This document shows, piece after piece, positions 1-12,044 of a DNA stretch of 64,000 nt. The stretch lies in contig OZ365109.1 in NCBI GenBank assembly GCA_977030845.1, positions 23,560,001 through 23,624,000 of the forward strand. The letters run 5' to 3'. The notes under the pieces were generated by a model. The model did not search any database, had not been told where the DNA came from, and saw only the letters and a list, made by a program, of their open reading frames with translations. This stretch comes from Fimbriosthenelais zetlandica (taxonomy: Eukaryota). A program made the position numbers and the translations under genes. Every line of letters begins with the position of its first letter. Position 1 is the stretch's first letter.

Positions 1-3000
1 ATAATGACATTTGCTTAATTGGCAATTTTCCCAGCTCATCAAAGGAGGCTATTTAGGCTCAAAGAATGCAAAGCATTTAGGTATCTACAGGCAAGGGGGA
101 TTCTTATTTGAAGCAGTCCCTTATTAGAAACAATGTTCTGGGTCTAGTAACTAACCCCCATCAAGGGAATGAAGGTTGTCCCTAAGGTGCAGGACCAATC
201 TCCAAACTGACGGGGTTTTTTTCACAATGATGCTGGAAGTAACCAGTGAAACAGACAGCAATTCCAGCGTATGGCCTTGCTATACAACATCTGAGGCCCT
301 TGGGTTTTCGGACACAGGATAAAGACACATTATCCTGATCTCTTGACAAAAGCCCAGCAATGCAGACACTAACCAGATGCTATCTTACACAGCCATTTAG
401 TAGTGACCCGACTAAATCAGGCTGGCATGGAACATTGTATCTAAATGAAAACAGTATAGCTATAATAAAAAAGGTGGGGAATTAATTTCTGGAGGGTTCC
501 CAACAAAGGTATGGCTGAGGCGACAATGACCAAATTGAAAATTAAAGAAAGAATTGATTGGACTTGATGCGCACCATCATTGCATTTATTGGACAATGTT
601 CAAGGCAATCCAGACTCATGTTACATACTGAGAAATCCCATTAAATGGCATAGGCCTAGTTAAATAAACAACATTTTACCACAACTATAGTGGGAATTGG
701 TTTTTCAGAAAACATCTCTTCCTGTTATTCTATTAACCACATCATGATGGTCAGATCTATTGTCTGGTTACACTATTTTTGACCTGAACCATCAAAGGTT
801 ATGGGTCGAATCCTTAAAATTTCTTCTCCAAAATAAAATCCTATAAATGGGTGAGGATCTTCTAATTATGGAGAGCAGGTGGTTAAGTGTCCAAGCCGAA
901 GCTACTAGAAGTTGGGGGCGGAGGGCTAAACGATCCACGATTCATTGAAACAACTAAGGTTTATGTTGCCCCCAATGGCAAACTTCGAGGGCGAGATGGG
1001 TGCCCATATAACTTCAATCGATGACAGTGTAGGGAGCTCCCCTGGTCTCCAAACTGCAATTCATCTGGCTTACTACAAACAGTTGAACAGTAAAACATTA
1101 CCTCGGTAAAACTGCTGTCCCGAATAGGCCTCCCGAAGTATCGAATGGTCTTAACTTTGAAGCACCATTTTCCGGTCGTGCACATTGGGCTAGATTTGTA
1201 TGCAATTCAATACTTGTACTGGTTTGATATCGGCCTCTCCTATGTGCCTCGGCATGGACATTTTATTAACTCCTTTCCTTTTTAGCTTTCACCAAAGCAG
1301 AGGGGAAAGCTGATTCATCACTTTGAACACATTCAATGATCCCCACTTAGAAAATAAATTGATTTATATGTCCTTGAAAATAACAGATCGTTGATGTATA
1401 GTCCTTGGTATAGACCTATATAATTTACAATTAGTATGCCTATCTTGTGAAAGCCGACGAGCAACATGAAGCAAATGTACAATGCATTTTCAATTTCAAT
1501 TAACTGTAATTTGATCAACTAATTTAGATGCTCAGACGTCCCGCTGGGAAACTTTTAGAATAAAAGGCGCTTCATCCGTCTAAATAGCTTCATATTAGGC
1601 CTCGTTGTTAGAAAAAGCTTCTCTTGTCTCTTCTTTGGTCTTTTTGTTTCCGACCATTAGCAGTCTGGCTGATGAACTTCATTTTGTGAGATCTTTGAAA
1701 GTGATAAGTCGGAATCTATTTTAATATAATATTCAGTAATATTTCACAATAATAGTCCCACAACCGCTATACAGCATTTTACCTACTGCACTCTGTCAGT
1801 AACGACTGCTGTGTTTAATATTTTCTGTATTGTTGAGAAAACTTGTCAAGGGGAATTTTGGAGTCAATGTTATAAATTTTTACTGGGCAAGGACAGATGG
1901 CTGCGTAGGCCCTATATGCTTACAAGGCCATTCCACGAGAAGGGATTATGTACAGGTCGTCGAAGGTGATGGAGACATCCAGTTACAAACATTTTGTTGA
2001 TGATCTTGGATGGGAAAAACATCACCGCTTCCCTCTTAATACATCCTGTTTCTGTTTGTGATGATTCAGCAGTTCATGATGCTGTGCTCAGAAGCCATTG
2101 TAGCTAGGGCAGACGTGCTGCCATCTCGTGGTCACTATCATAGCCAATCTGTCTGCTTCAACTGCCTTCTTCCGGAAGCCCGCCGTACTAGGATGATGCT
2201 ACTGCACCAAGCAGAATGAGAGCGAGATGGGACTATTGTAGGTCGTCTATTATACCAAATAGACAGAGCAAAGGCCTGTATAGCTGGTCTTGACAGCAAC
2301 TGGCCCGCCATCTTTGGTTAATGGGTCTATTACCAAACATTTCCTTGGTTACTCCACTTCCTATATTGGGGCAAGGTCTGCAATGCCATTTTGCTGTGAA
2401 TGTTCTTGGGTAGGCCTATGATGCAGTCTCCTTGGTAAAGACGCCCTTCTTTGGTTAAGGTTGGTTAAGGTGAACTATAAAAGTATCAACAGCAAGTGCA
2501 GCAAGAGCAGCAATGAAATTGCAATAAAAAGCTGCAAGAATTGCAAAGCAAAAATCCTTAATGGAGTTACCCCAAACCATGAATAGTGGCATGCTTATGG
2601 GGCAACTCTATCAAACTTTTGAGCCTAGGCTGCGAATACTGTGACTTGTGTTGCAGCCTGTCCCTGCAAGTATGCATGCTGCAAGTAAACAACTACTATG
2701 AAAAGTACTCACAAGGCAACAAACGTAATGGATTTAGCTCCTCTAGTGAGACCTTCTAACAACACTGTGGTTTGTGGCAAGTGTACTGGAAGAGCAACTT
2801 AACAAAAATTAATAATGAAAAGTAGAGTTCCCTCTCCAACTGGTAACTGATTATAGTTCCTCTCCGGCATACTTTTACCACTGCGGTCCTTGTCATTTTG
2901 TTCAAAAGCGTTTCATTGTCTTTTAAATGTCTTCAGTAAGTGGTTCTGTTTTTGTTGGTCATGTTTTCACGGTTCCAGGCATGCAGGATGCTCATTGCAA

Positions 3001-4269
3001 CACGGCGCAAGACCTTCTAAGGATTTGTCATGAATCAATGGTAATCGGACGTGCTTGTTACTCTCATCAATTCTCTGATTATGAACATTCCGAAAGCATA
3101 TATTTCAGAGTCTTGACCTAATTACCATATTTGCAGTGGTCAATGGAGCTTGTACGTGTTTCAATTAATGGAACCATATAAGGCTAGGCAATCAGAGAGT
3201 CTTTGCAACTCTTTGCCTCGTCTCTGAAACCAGGAAGTAGACCTAAATATGCACAAAGCTTTTTTTTGTTTGTTATTGTTTGCTTTTCTTTTTTTGCTGT
3301 TGATTCAAATGACGGTTAATAGAGGAACACTGTACATGTATGGCCTAAAGTCCTTGCATTCCTTTCCTTATACATGGACATAAAACTCGGGTTCTGACGC
3401 GTGACTAAATAAATTAAAATTAGGTGGAAATCAAATAGCACTGAAAAGGCAACATTATCAATGAAGGGAGGTAATTGCTAGTTTCATTTGATATCCAGAG
3501 ATGCTTGTTATCGGGCTCCCAAACCTAAGTAACCCGAATTACCTGCAACAAGATCCCCATTTTCTAAAGGGCCCAACTTATGTGCCATGAAAAAGCTATC
3601 GAGAAAGTAGTTATGAGAGTTTCTTATTCAAGTATTTTACTGCTGCAATACAATTAACGTTACTTTCACACGTAATAGAAAGTATGCGAAATTGGTGGTT
3701 GGTGGGCGGACATGGCTCTGAACAAAGGTCAAACCAATCTTTCTTAATGAATGTGCTCATTGTGGTTTTCTAGCAAAGATGAATGTTGGGAGCGTGCCGG
3801 TTTCCTCCTGCTCCATCACTGTTAGCATGATGCGCTAATTAAGGTGTTTAATCGAGTGACATTCCTGATCAAACCCAACCCGGGAACTTTCATGGGACCG
3901 TTATGTTAAAGGATTGTTCATGCACTTGTGCCACCTAGAGGAAGGCTATGGAAGAACAAGATCCAAAGCCATATCATCTACTTCGATATGGTGTCTATAA
4001 CAATGACATTGAACATGAGACCAATCTGCAAACAGACTGGTTTCGGTGCACTCAGGCAACTACTGGCGAAAAGGGTGTCAAAATAGCAGACAGGCTTAGC
4101 ACTTGACCAGTCTCCAACCATGGTAAAGCAGAGGGAGTTATAGGCCTACTAATAAACAGGTCAACACCGATGTGCACTGAATTAGTAACCAGTTACTGCA
4201 ACATAATGTGCACATGTGCAAAGTTTAGCATTGGCAGGGGCTTGCTATTTTCAAGGGGTCCTATAATTA

Positions 4270-4289
4270 TACATGTACATGTACATGTA
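4270..4289. repeat. (TACATG)n short tandem repeat
   Basis: TACATGTACATGTACATGTA, about 3.3 units, read directly. Confidence 0.9.
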
Positions 4290-4710
4290 TGTCCCGGGAT
4301 ATATGTATGCTATGTGTTGTATAAATTTGTGAGTGTTGTGGGTTGGCCTATATTATTTCAGTTGATGCCATAGTTCAAGTCAGTCACACGGGCTAGCCAC
4401 AATAGAAACCCAAGCATTCGAAGACAAGGGAACTCTGGACAGGGGACATCCCATTCCCTAAACAGAGTGCCATGGCCTATTGAAAACACATTAACTGCAG
4501 TCTGCTGGCGGACCTATCGCTAATTAGTGTCTTGCATCCTCACCTTTTTTAAACTTCCGTCTTATGGCTGTGACTCACTTGTAATCCGATTGCATGCCCA
4601 TGACTCAAGAGTCAACTCCTGACGAAACGTAGGCAGTCACAGGTTAACATCATTTTTTTTAAAATTCTTGGCCTAATGGTCTCACCAAGTAGGCACGCGC
4701 ATAGACTGAT

Positions 4711-4783
4711 CAGGGGTCCGTTTCATCGCAAAGATGTCCCAGAGACGCAACATTGCAAATCGTTCTTTTAAAACGGGCTCCTG
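4711..4783 (+). mobile_element. ~73-bp non-autonomous TIR element (MITE), copy 1; termini resemble GGGGCCCGTTTCA-type elements usually classed with PIF/Harbinger
   Basis: Imperfect terminal inverted repeats: CAGGGGTCCGTTTCAT at the left and TAAAACGGGCTCCTG at the right. It aligns by hand at about 55/74 positions with the reverse complement of the interrupted copy at 51071-51239. The superfamily label is from memory of similar termini. Confidence 0.75.
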
Positions 4784-7132
4784 AAAGGACAGGTCGTCCC
4801 CATCAGGAGGTCATTGTACAAATCCTACAAACACTCTCGCTGGAGAAAATAAAAACAACAGGAAAATGTCATGAAAGGAGCTCTCATTGGGCTTCCGCCG
4901 AGAGACGTACAACGGAAGGGTTTTTGTACTATTTTGTCCATCAATTTTGCCAAAGAGAGGTCCAACGAGCCCACGTAGAATGTGTACAAAGGTCGTATGT
5001 TGGCCGCATCCCTATTTCTAGTAGTATGTTTGAATGTTTTCTAATAGCTCAAAAACTTGCTTGTAGTATTGTTGTGAAGCCGATGAAAAATGACAAAAGT
5101 GTATACAAAGTCATGCTTTCATTCTGTGCAGATATCATAAACTGTGTAAAAGCATTGTTATTTTCGGCCATACACATGTCAACTCGTAAAATGTAGGAGG
5201 AGATAGTGTTCGGGACAATGTAACAAGGACACCTGATACCATCCTGTGTCCTCGGAAAACAAATACTACTATAGACACAGTACAGAACACAGGGATAGTT
5301 ACATGATACCACATGTCCACAAGCACTATAAGGGCCATCCCATGCAAATCCCCTATCAGATAAATTGTATAACGATAATAATGCCATGTGGCAATTGTCA
5401 CCTGAGGCCTGGTTCCCCGGGCCAGGCCATGAAAGGGAAATGTCATATATTTATGTGGAACCACTTGCATCGCAATGATAAACCAAGCTCCCATAAGAGA
5501 GATGCCTCCTGACCCTGAGCGAGGGAGAGAGTATCATTCATTTCAGTGGATGAAGATGGTTGTCTGGATTAAGGTAATTGACCTTTCCCGGACTGAGAAC
5601 ATCCATTGCTCAAGGCAGGGAGCTCGGGGATTCCTAGTTCAGAGCTCCAGCTGAAAGTTATAACCATCCCAGTAAAGATATTCATCATCCGTTGGAGATT
5701 TGTTTTAAGAGCTCTCTGGGATGAAATTGTGAATATAATTACTCTCGATACACGTGTGGCCTTGCTTCTATATTAAGAGCAGCTGCATGGAAAGGACTAT
5801 ACCGAAGGTTCATACTTGTCAGCCTGTTGTTTACAGATTACATCCAATTATTGAATGGTAGGGAAGACTGCGGATAGCTTCATTAATGAGCATTTTTAAA
5901 TGGAAACATAAACTCCTGGAGAAATACAATTTTAATAACAATCTCCTTAGGCCTTATTCTATTAATACAAGTGGAAGCCATCTCAGCGTGGAGAAATGTC
6001 CACATTTTATGAATTATATATTATTTATTTCCTCGCAGGGCCAAGCACTTTTTGTATTCTGGACGAGGAATTGCCTTTTTAACACTCTTTTGGAATTCAG
6101 TTCCACGGGCATATTTAAAAACATTTAGAGCCCAGGAGATATACTGTTTCCCTAATATTGGCTCCTAATAATTAGTTTAGCTCATAATTATTTGGAATGG
6201 GAATTTGTGAAACCCGGAATTTGTGAGGCTCGAAGTAATTATCAACTCCCATGGCCTATCACTATGTTCATCTGTGGCATTTAGTTTGTAAATCGACCGA
6301 GTCGGTGATTTTGAATATATTTTCGATTCCATCTTAGACGCCTTATTTCCCTACAGGGCTTGCTTACCATTAATAATGCTCAATTTCCCCTGTGTTCGTT
6401 CGACCTGATCCTATTATAGCGTGTGGCCCCAGGGCGTGGCCATGCCTGGCCAGAGCTCTGTGATCCCTAGCGGGGGCTGACCACAAGCCTATCCACAGGC
6501 CATCGGTCAGCTAGACTGATGGTGGACAACAGCGTCCAGCCTCACCCGGCCACAAACCGCCCATTAATAGGTCGTTCCAGCCCTGACCTCTCGTGCTCCA
6601 GGCATTAATGTCAACCCCCACCCACTGTAGTCCTCTGTCTTCATTTGTACTGTCTACGCCAATGGATGGCCGCGCCGAAAACAATGATCAGTCTCGTGGC
6701 CTGGCAGAACAAGACACATGTAGATGACCCCCTGAGCTACAGACGTGGGTTTGTAGTCTTCGTTGAGTGGAGGGAGCAGTACAGGGCCTGAGTGACCGCC
6801 TTTTAATAATCCTATCTGTCTCTCTGAGATTAATACCCCATGGCAGTCACTCGGGAGAATATTCAATATGGATCCCGTTAAAAAAAGACCACAGTAGCAA
6901 GCCTCGGTGGACATTAATCCTAAACTTGTTGAATATGCAAGACTAAGCCAGGTTAACATTACTGCAGACTCAGCGATACATAAAGTTACTAGTGACTATA
7001 GCATCAATGAGACTTGTCTTTTGTTTTAGCAGTTCATCCTTTACATGAAAAGAGCTATGTAAACTTGTGTAACTTTAAGTGGGCCCTCAGTAAGAAGTGG
7101 GCTGTCCACAGGGCTTTGTACACCAATGCTGT

Positions 7133-7154
7133 TTGGCCGATGGTTGTACAATTG
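7133..7154 (-). repeat. Dispersed repeat fragment B, copy 1 (inverted)
   Basis: Reverse complement CAATTGTACAACCATCGGCCAA matches 22348-22369 at 19/22. Confidence 0.55.
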
Positions 7155-10121
7155 TTTGCTATAGATATGGCTTTGTGAGTTGGGAATTCCAAACTGTAAT
7201 TCCTCTCGTAATACAATTTTAAGACTTGAAGATTCCTGCCACGTTGTATAGATAGATAACCTAACGTTCTACGGTACTGGATAACAAAGGGATTATTAGG
7301 GACAATCTCACCATTGGATATCTTTTGGCGAAGAATTTGGCCCTCGATCGTCAGCAAAGGTGTTATTCTTTGCAACGTGTGTGTATCTAAAAATGACAAG
7401 GAAACAGCACTTGCACAATGCAACCATGTGACGAGGGGCTCTTCGTCAACCCTCGCTGACCCTATCTCGCAACTGACGAGGGCCTTGTCTTATAAAACAC
7501 CCAGAATAGACCCTGACATTGTGTATGTTGGACATCATTTGCATAATGAAGAACCGTGCACTTATAGGCATACTGTGAACATGTCTGCCAGCATAGATCT
7601 GTGTTAACCATTAATCCATAATGGACACATTTCAATTTCTCAGCGCTGAAAAATTATACTATGAACCATAAAGAATAGAATCTCTCACCGGAAACTACAT
7701 TACCCTGTAATTTTGTGGTAAATATGCGGCCATCCTGGTCCTTAGTTGCATCAATCTGATAGAAAACCTCTTCTGTTTTATGTTCCCTTCGACATTAAAC
7801 TGCAAATTATCGCTGAAACAAAGCCTGAATTAATGTAATGGCCAGATAAGATTCTTAATTATCACCGAAGCTCGAAGCATGTCGTCTTGGACTTGGTTTA
7901 TGGCCCGCAGTCAAGGCATACAAACATTTGTCATATATTACGTATGATCTTTCCAAAGTGGAAGCTGTCGTAAATACTCGTGATTAATTAGCCTGGCCTC
8001 TCTGCCAATATCCCCCGACCTGGATGTGATCGTAAGTCAAAGGGAAGGCCAGGGAAATGAAAGCAATTTTAGAGGTCAGGGCTTGATTAGCCGGGAGGTA
8101 AATTCATCAATGTTAGAGACATCATTCCCTGAGGGCGACACGAACATGTCCTAAATCAGATCCCAATGCCATTCCTGCATGTGTTCGCCTCTAGACAAAA
8201 GGCCTCATTATTGAAGGTTTAGATGAATTACTCCTCTCCAACAATAATAATCATATTTCACCCCTTGTCTTCAACCCACTGTTGTTGTTGCTTCAGCGTG
8301 GTGCTCTATCATGCTCCTCAACACCCAAGTGTGTATTGCCAATGGCGGCAATTGCTTAAAATTGCCCCCACTCAAGCCTGAAGCTGAATGTCCCTTCTAT
8401 CTGTAATTACCTGAATGTTTGTGATAATCATCCTTCACTGAATCAGTGATATTCCGAATGTCAAGGCTCTGCCCGAGCCAAATTAAATTCCGAATATTAA
8501 AACATTCCACCCTGACAGTACATATAGAGCTTTATTTTTCATTCAGGGCCAGTCGAGGGAATGGTGTCTGTACGAAACTTCCGCTATCCATGCAGTTTTC
8601 TATTTAAGGACTCCTTTGCAGCCAATTATAGAAGGAAGCCTAGAGAGAGTCTATACTCTCCACGGAAAGTCAGACCCTTGCTGCCGGAAAGGTAAGGGAA
8701 AGAAAAATCAGCTATTTGATTAGCAGGCTGGGAGGCCGCAGCGGGCAATTGAAGTGGACAGCAATCAATTAATACCCGCTCTAACGAATCAGGAAGAAAC
8801 GAGGTAACGATGTCACCCTCCGACCCGTCATGACTTTGCCCACGCTAATGCCCACCGCCTGTCTGTGAACTGTAATTATTCCCACAAATCGACCCAATCA
8901 CCCGGCGTCCTCTTCCTCCCCAAAAGCTTAACCACTTGACCTTCGTCGACCTTCAATGTACTGGCTACTTATGGCGCGCACGTTCTTTCCTCTCTTTTGC
9001 CCAACCCAGAAATTCCCCGATCATTCCTCATTAATGAATGCACATTAGAAAGGAAAATGATAGATTTTTACTTTTCCCATATAAAGCAATCCATTATAGA
9101 GATGGCAAAAAATATTTCGTCATCGAATAATAATTATTGCATGGTGATACAATAAGTCACTTAATACTATTTGAAACTGAAAATACGGCAAGAAACGTTC
9201 CGATGAGACTAGAGTGGATAAACAGAATCAGGGGAAATTATTGCAACTTTACAAAGGTTTTACTTCTTTTTTTTTTAAATATTTGAAAAGAAAGAAATCT
9301 AGATTTTGGAGATAGTGACAATCCAGGGGCCCTGGATTCTTGTTGTGACTTTGCCTGGCAATTGAAAGCGACCGCTTCGACAAAACCTTGCCAAACTAAG
9401 TCGTGTGAAAAGAAGGGCAAAATAATATTGAGACACTCCCTTTTCCAAAACATTCCCAACGTTCAAATGGATGATCATCTTGATGGCAGTTTGCCAAATC
9501 ATCATCTGGCTGAAGGAGATTCTGGTTTTTAATCATAGAAATGATGGAGGACATGCACTTTCTCTTGTATGCGCCCTATTTCCATAGGCTTCTATGTATA
9601 GTACGTGCTATCTCCATAGTCCACTATCCCAGTAGTACTTATAAGCTTCCACTATAGCGCGTCTGCACATGTCTTTGATTTACTCACACACTTCATCAGG
9701 GTCTGAATCGTGGGCCTTTTGTGTAGACAAGCAGCTGAACATGGGACTATTTCAACAAAAAGACCAAATCGCTGGGTAATGTAGTACTCATCTTTTATAG
9801 TGCTCATCTTTGTTTTGACAAAGGGCCCAGATCTTAAATTATTCTGACTTATTGCAAGTAATTAAAAAGAATTATACCCATGTGAATTTTCATCCCCTTC
9901 TCAATTGTTTTAATTATTGAGGACACTTTATATTCATATTGAATTATTCGATCATTATTAATTCATTTAAATACCTAATGAAAAGGAAGAGCATAATAAT
10001 GTTTTCTGTAGTACTTAATTTTTTATAATTATTCAACAATTTCTGTTGTTAAAATTGTATCTATGACTATAGTGACAAGCGGTACCTCCTTCAATGGCAT
10101 CCAAAACTTTCCCCTGGTATA

Positions 10122-10139
10122 CCCCCCCCCCCCCCCCCC
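10122..10139. repeat. Poly-C tract (C18)
   Basis: Read directly. Confidence 0.97.
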
Positions 10140-12021
10140 ATTCTGTCTTAGTATGCCTACATGAGTGTTGCTCAATGTATAGAGCTATACAAAATATTTC
10201 TAAAAATTACCAAATTAAAACCATTATTTCTTTGGCTCATGTCTTCTGATTTTATTATATTAGGCTTATACCTTGAACATGATGGGTGTGTACACACAGT
10301 CGCAGGTCTTCATTAACATTGATGTGCCAGAAATGGCCTCATTGTTTGAAAGCTTGGCGGTAGAAACCATTTTAAATCAGGACTCTGGGGAGATGATGTC
10401 AGAGTAACTTATGACAAATGTATATGAGTGCGCCATAAATCCTACATCCATGAAATGTGATTCCCTTGTATATAATTGCTTTAAAGCAGAGATAGAATTA
10501 GACTAGCCCCAAGAAAATGAATGTGGGAGACCACCATTAGGGCTATTTATTTTTTGTTGAAAATCTCCAAGCTCTTTATTGTTCATGCGAGTGTATGTAG
10601 CCCTATTAATGCATTTTTTTTAATAAATGTTCTATTTGACCAAACAAAAATAACCAAAGATATTGGCAAGTCTAAAATAATATCTCTCAGTCCCCCATTC
10701 AGAATAGTCCCCACAAATTATCACGAAATATTAGTACATAATTACATACATACCGTGAAAACAGTGGAAAAGATTATGAATCATATCGTTAATTATCTTG
10801 CAATTTTCTTAATTTAATGAGACCATATCCTTGCTCTATGACGTATTGGGAAAAATGATAAAGCATTGTGAAGCATTATCCTGAATTTTTCCAGACTTAA
10901 TCTATGTTTCATGGCGCGAATCGACACCACTTAGATGTCATGTTCCATCAGGTCTCCCATGGAACCCCTGCTGTGTTCAAAAGAATCAGACAAATTCTAT
11001 TAAATCACCTGGTGATACATCATACTTCTTTAAGCCCGAGGGAAGGGAGGACAGAGAAAAATTGATGCCACAGATGTAAGTGGTATCATCAACAACAAAG
11101 ATAGTGTTGTCGAAGGATGTACCGAACCCGCCACTCCCTAAGACTATTTCCGCTTAAAGAATGAAGAGTCTGACGTCTCGATCGATAATCAATGGGAGAC
11201 AATATTAAAGCATATTAAGGTGGGTGTTTGGTTTATCTTAAAACCTGCACCGATATAACAGTGGGGGGACCCTGCAAGTTGTTGATATATCTAATCAGAT
11301 TTGTCCAGGGCTGATCTGAGACAATTTTTCTAAGTGTTTCATGAAAGATTAAGCGTTATAGAGCAGGGGGAGAATAAAACAGGGTTCCAAATCCATATAG
11401 GCTCTCCATAGTCTACTGACGAGAAAGAGGAAATGTGCCTTGAAGGGAAATGGAAAGAGGGAAGGAAATGTTTTCCAACACTTAGAAATTGAAGACACGC
11501 GCTTAAGAAACCATGTGACGACTGGATGTACGACAATCGATGGGGAGTCCAACAAAGTATGGTCTCTTTGTGATTTTTCTTGCAGACCACTTCAATCCGA
11601 GTATCAAACGACAAAGAGCTGTGTGCGCGCCTTACTTAAAGCCCATTAAGAAGATCGCTTCGAGACATCATCCTGATTAAAACGACGTGTTGGCCCTAAT
11701 TCTTAGAAGACCTTTTTTCTCTGAGTGATCAGGGGACCCTGCTCTTACCGCCTACCGCCTCCCCAGCTATTGTCAATGCATGTGTCTGAAAAGGCCCTGG
11801 TCTATTACATGTCTTTGAATGAGGCTTAACTCCCTCTGTCTGCCTCACTCTGTCTCCCTGTTTCACGTCCGTCATATATTAGATTAACTGGGGCGTAACT
11901 CATCCCCCTTGATTAGTACAAATTGGACCTGAGGGAGGTGCGAGGCAGTAGTGAATGGGCGATGACAACGTAAGAGCATGGAAGATGACAGAGGCTTGGC
12001 AGAGGGAAGAGGGAAGAGGAA

Positions 12022-12044
12022 GGGGTATAGGGATGGGGAGGGGG
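12022..12044 (+). other. Canonical G-quadruplex motif
   Basis: GGGG-TATA-GGG-AT-GGGG-A-GGGGG fits the four-tract G3+N1-7 pattern. Folding is not demonstrated. Confidence 0.7.

Noticed and set aside
11034-11219. Protein-like frame (...DYFRLKNEESDVSIDNQWETILKHIK) ending at AAG|GTGGGT
   Set aside because: It has an in-frame stop at 11139, no good acceptor and no recognisable homology.
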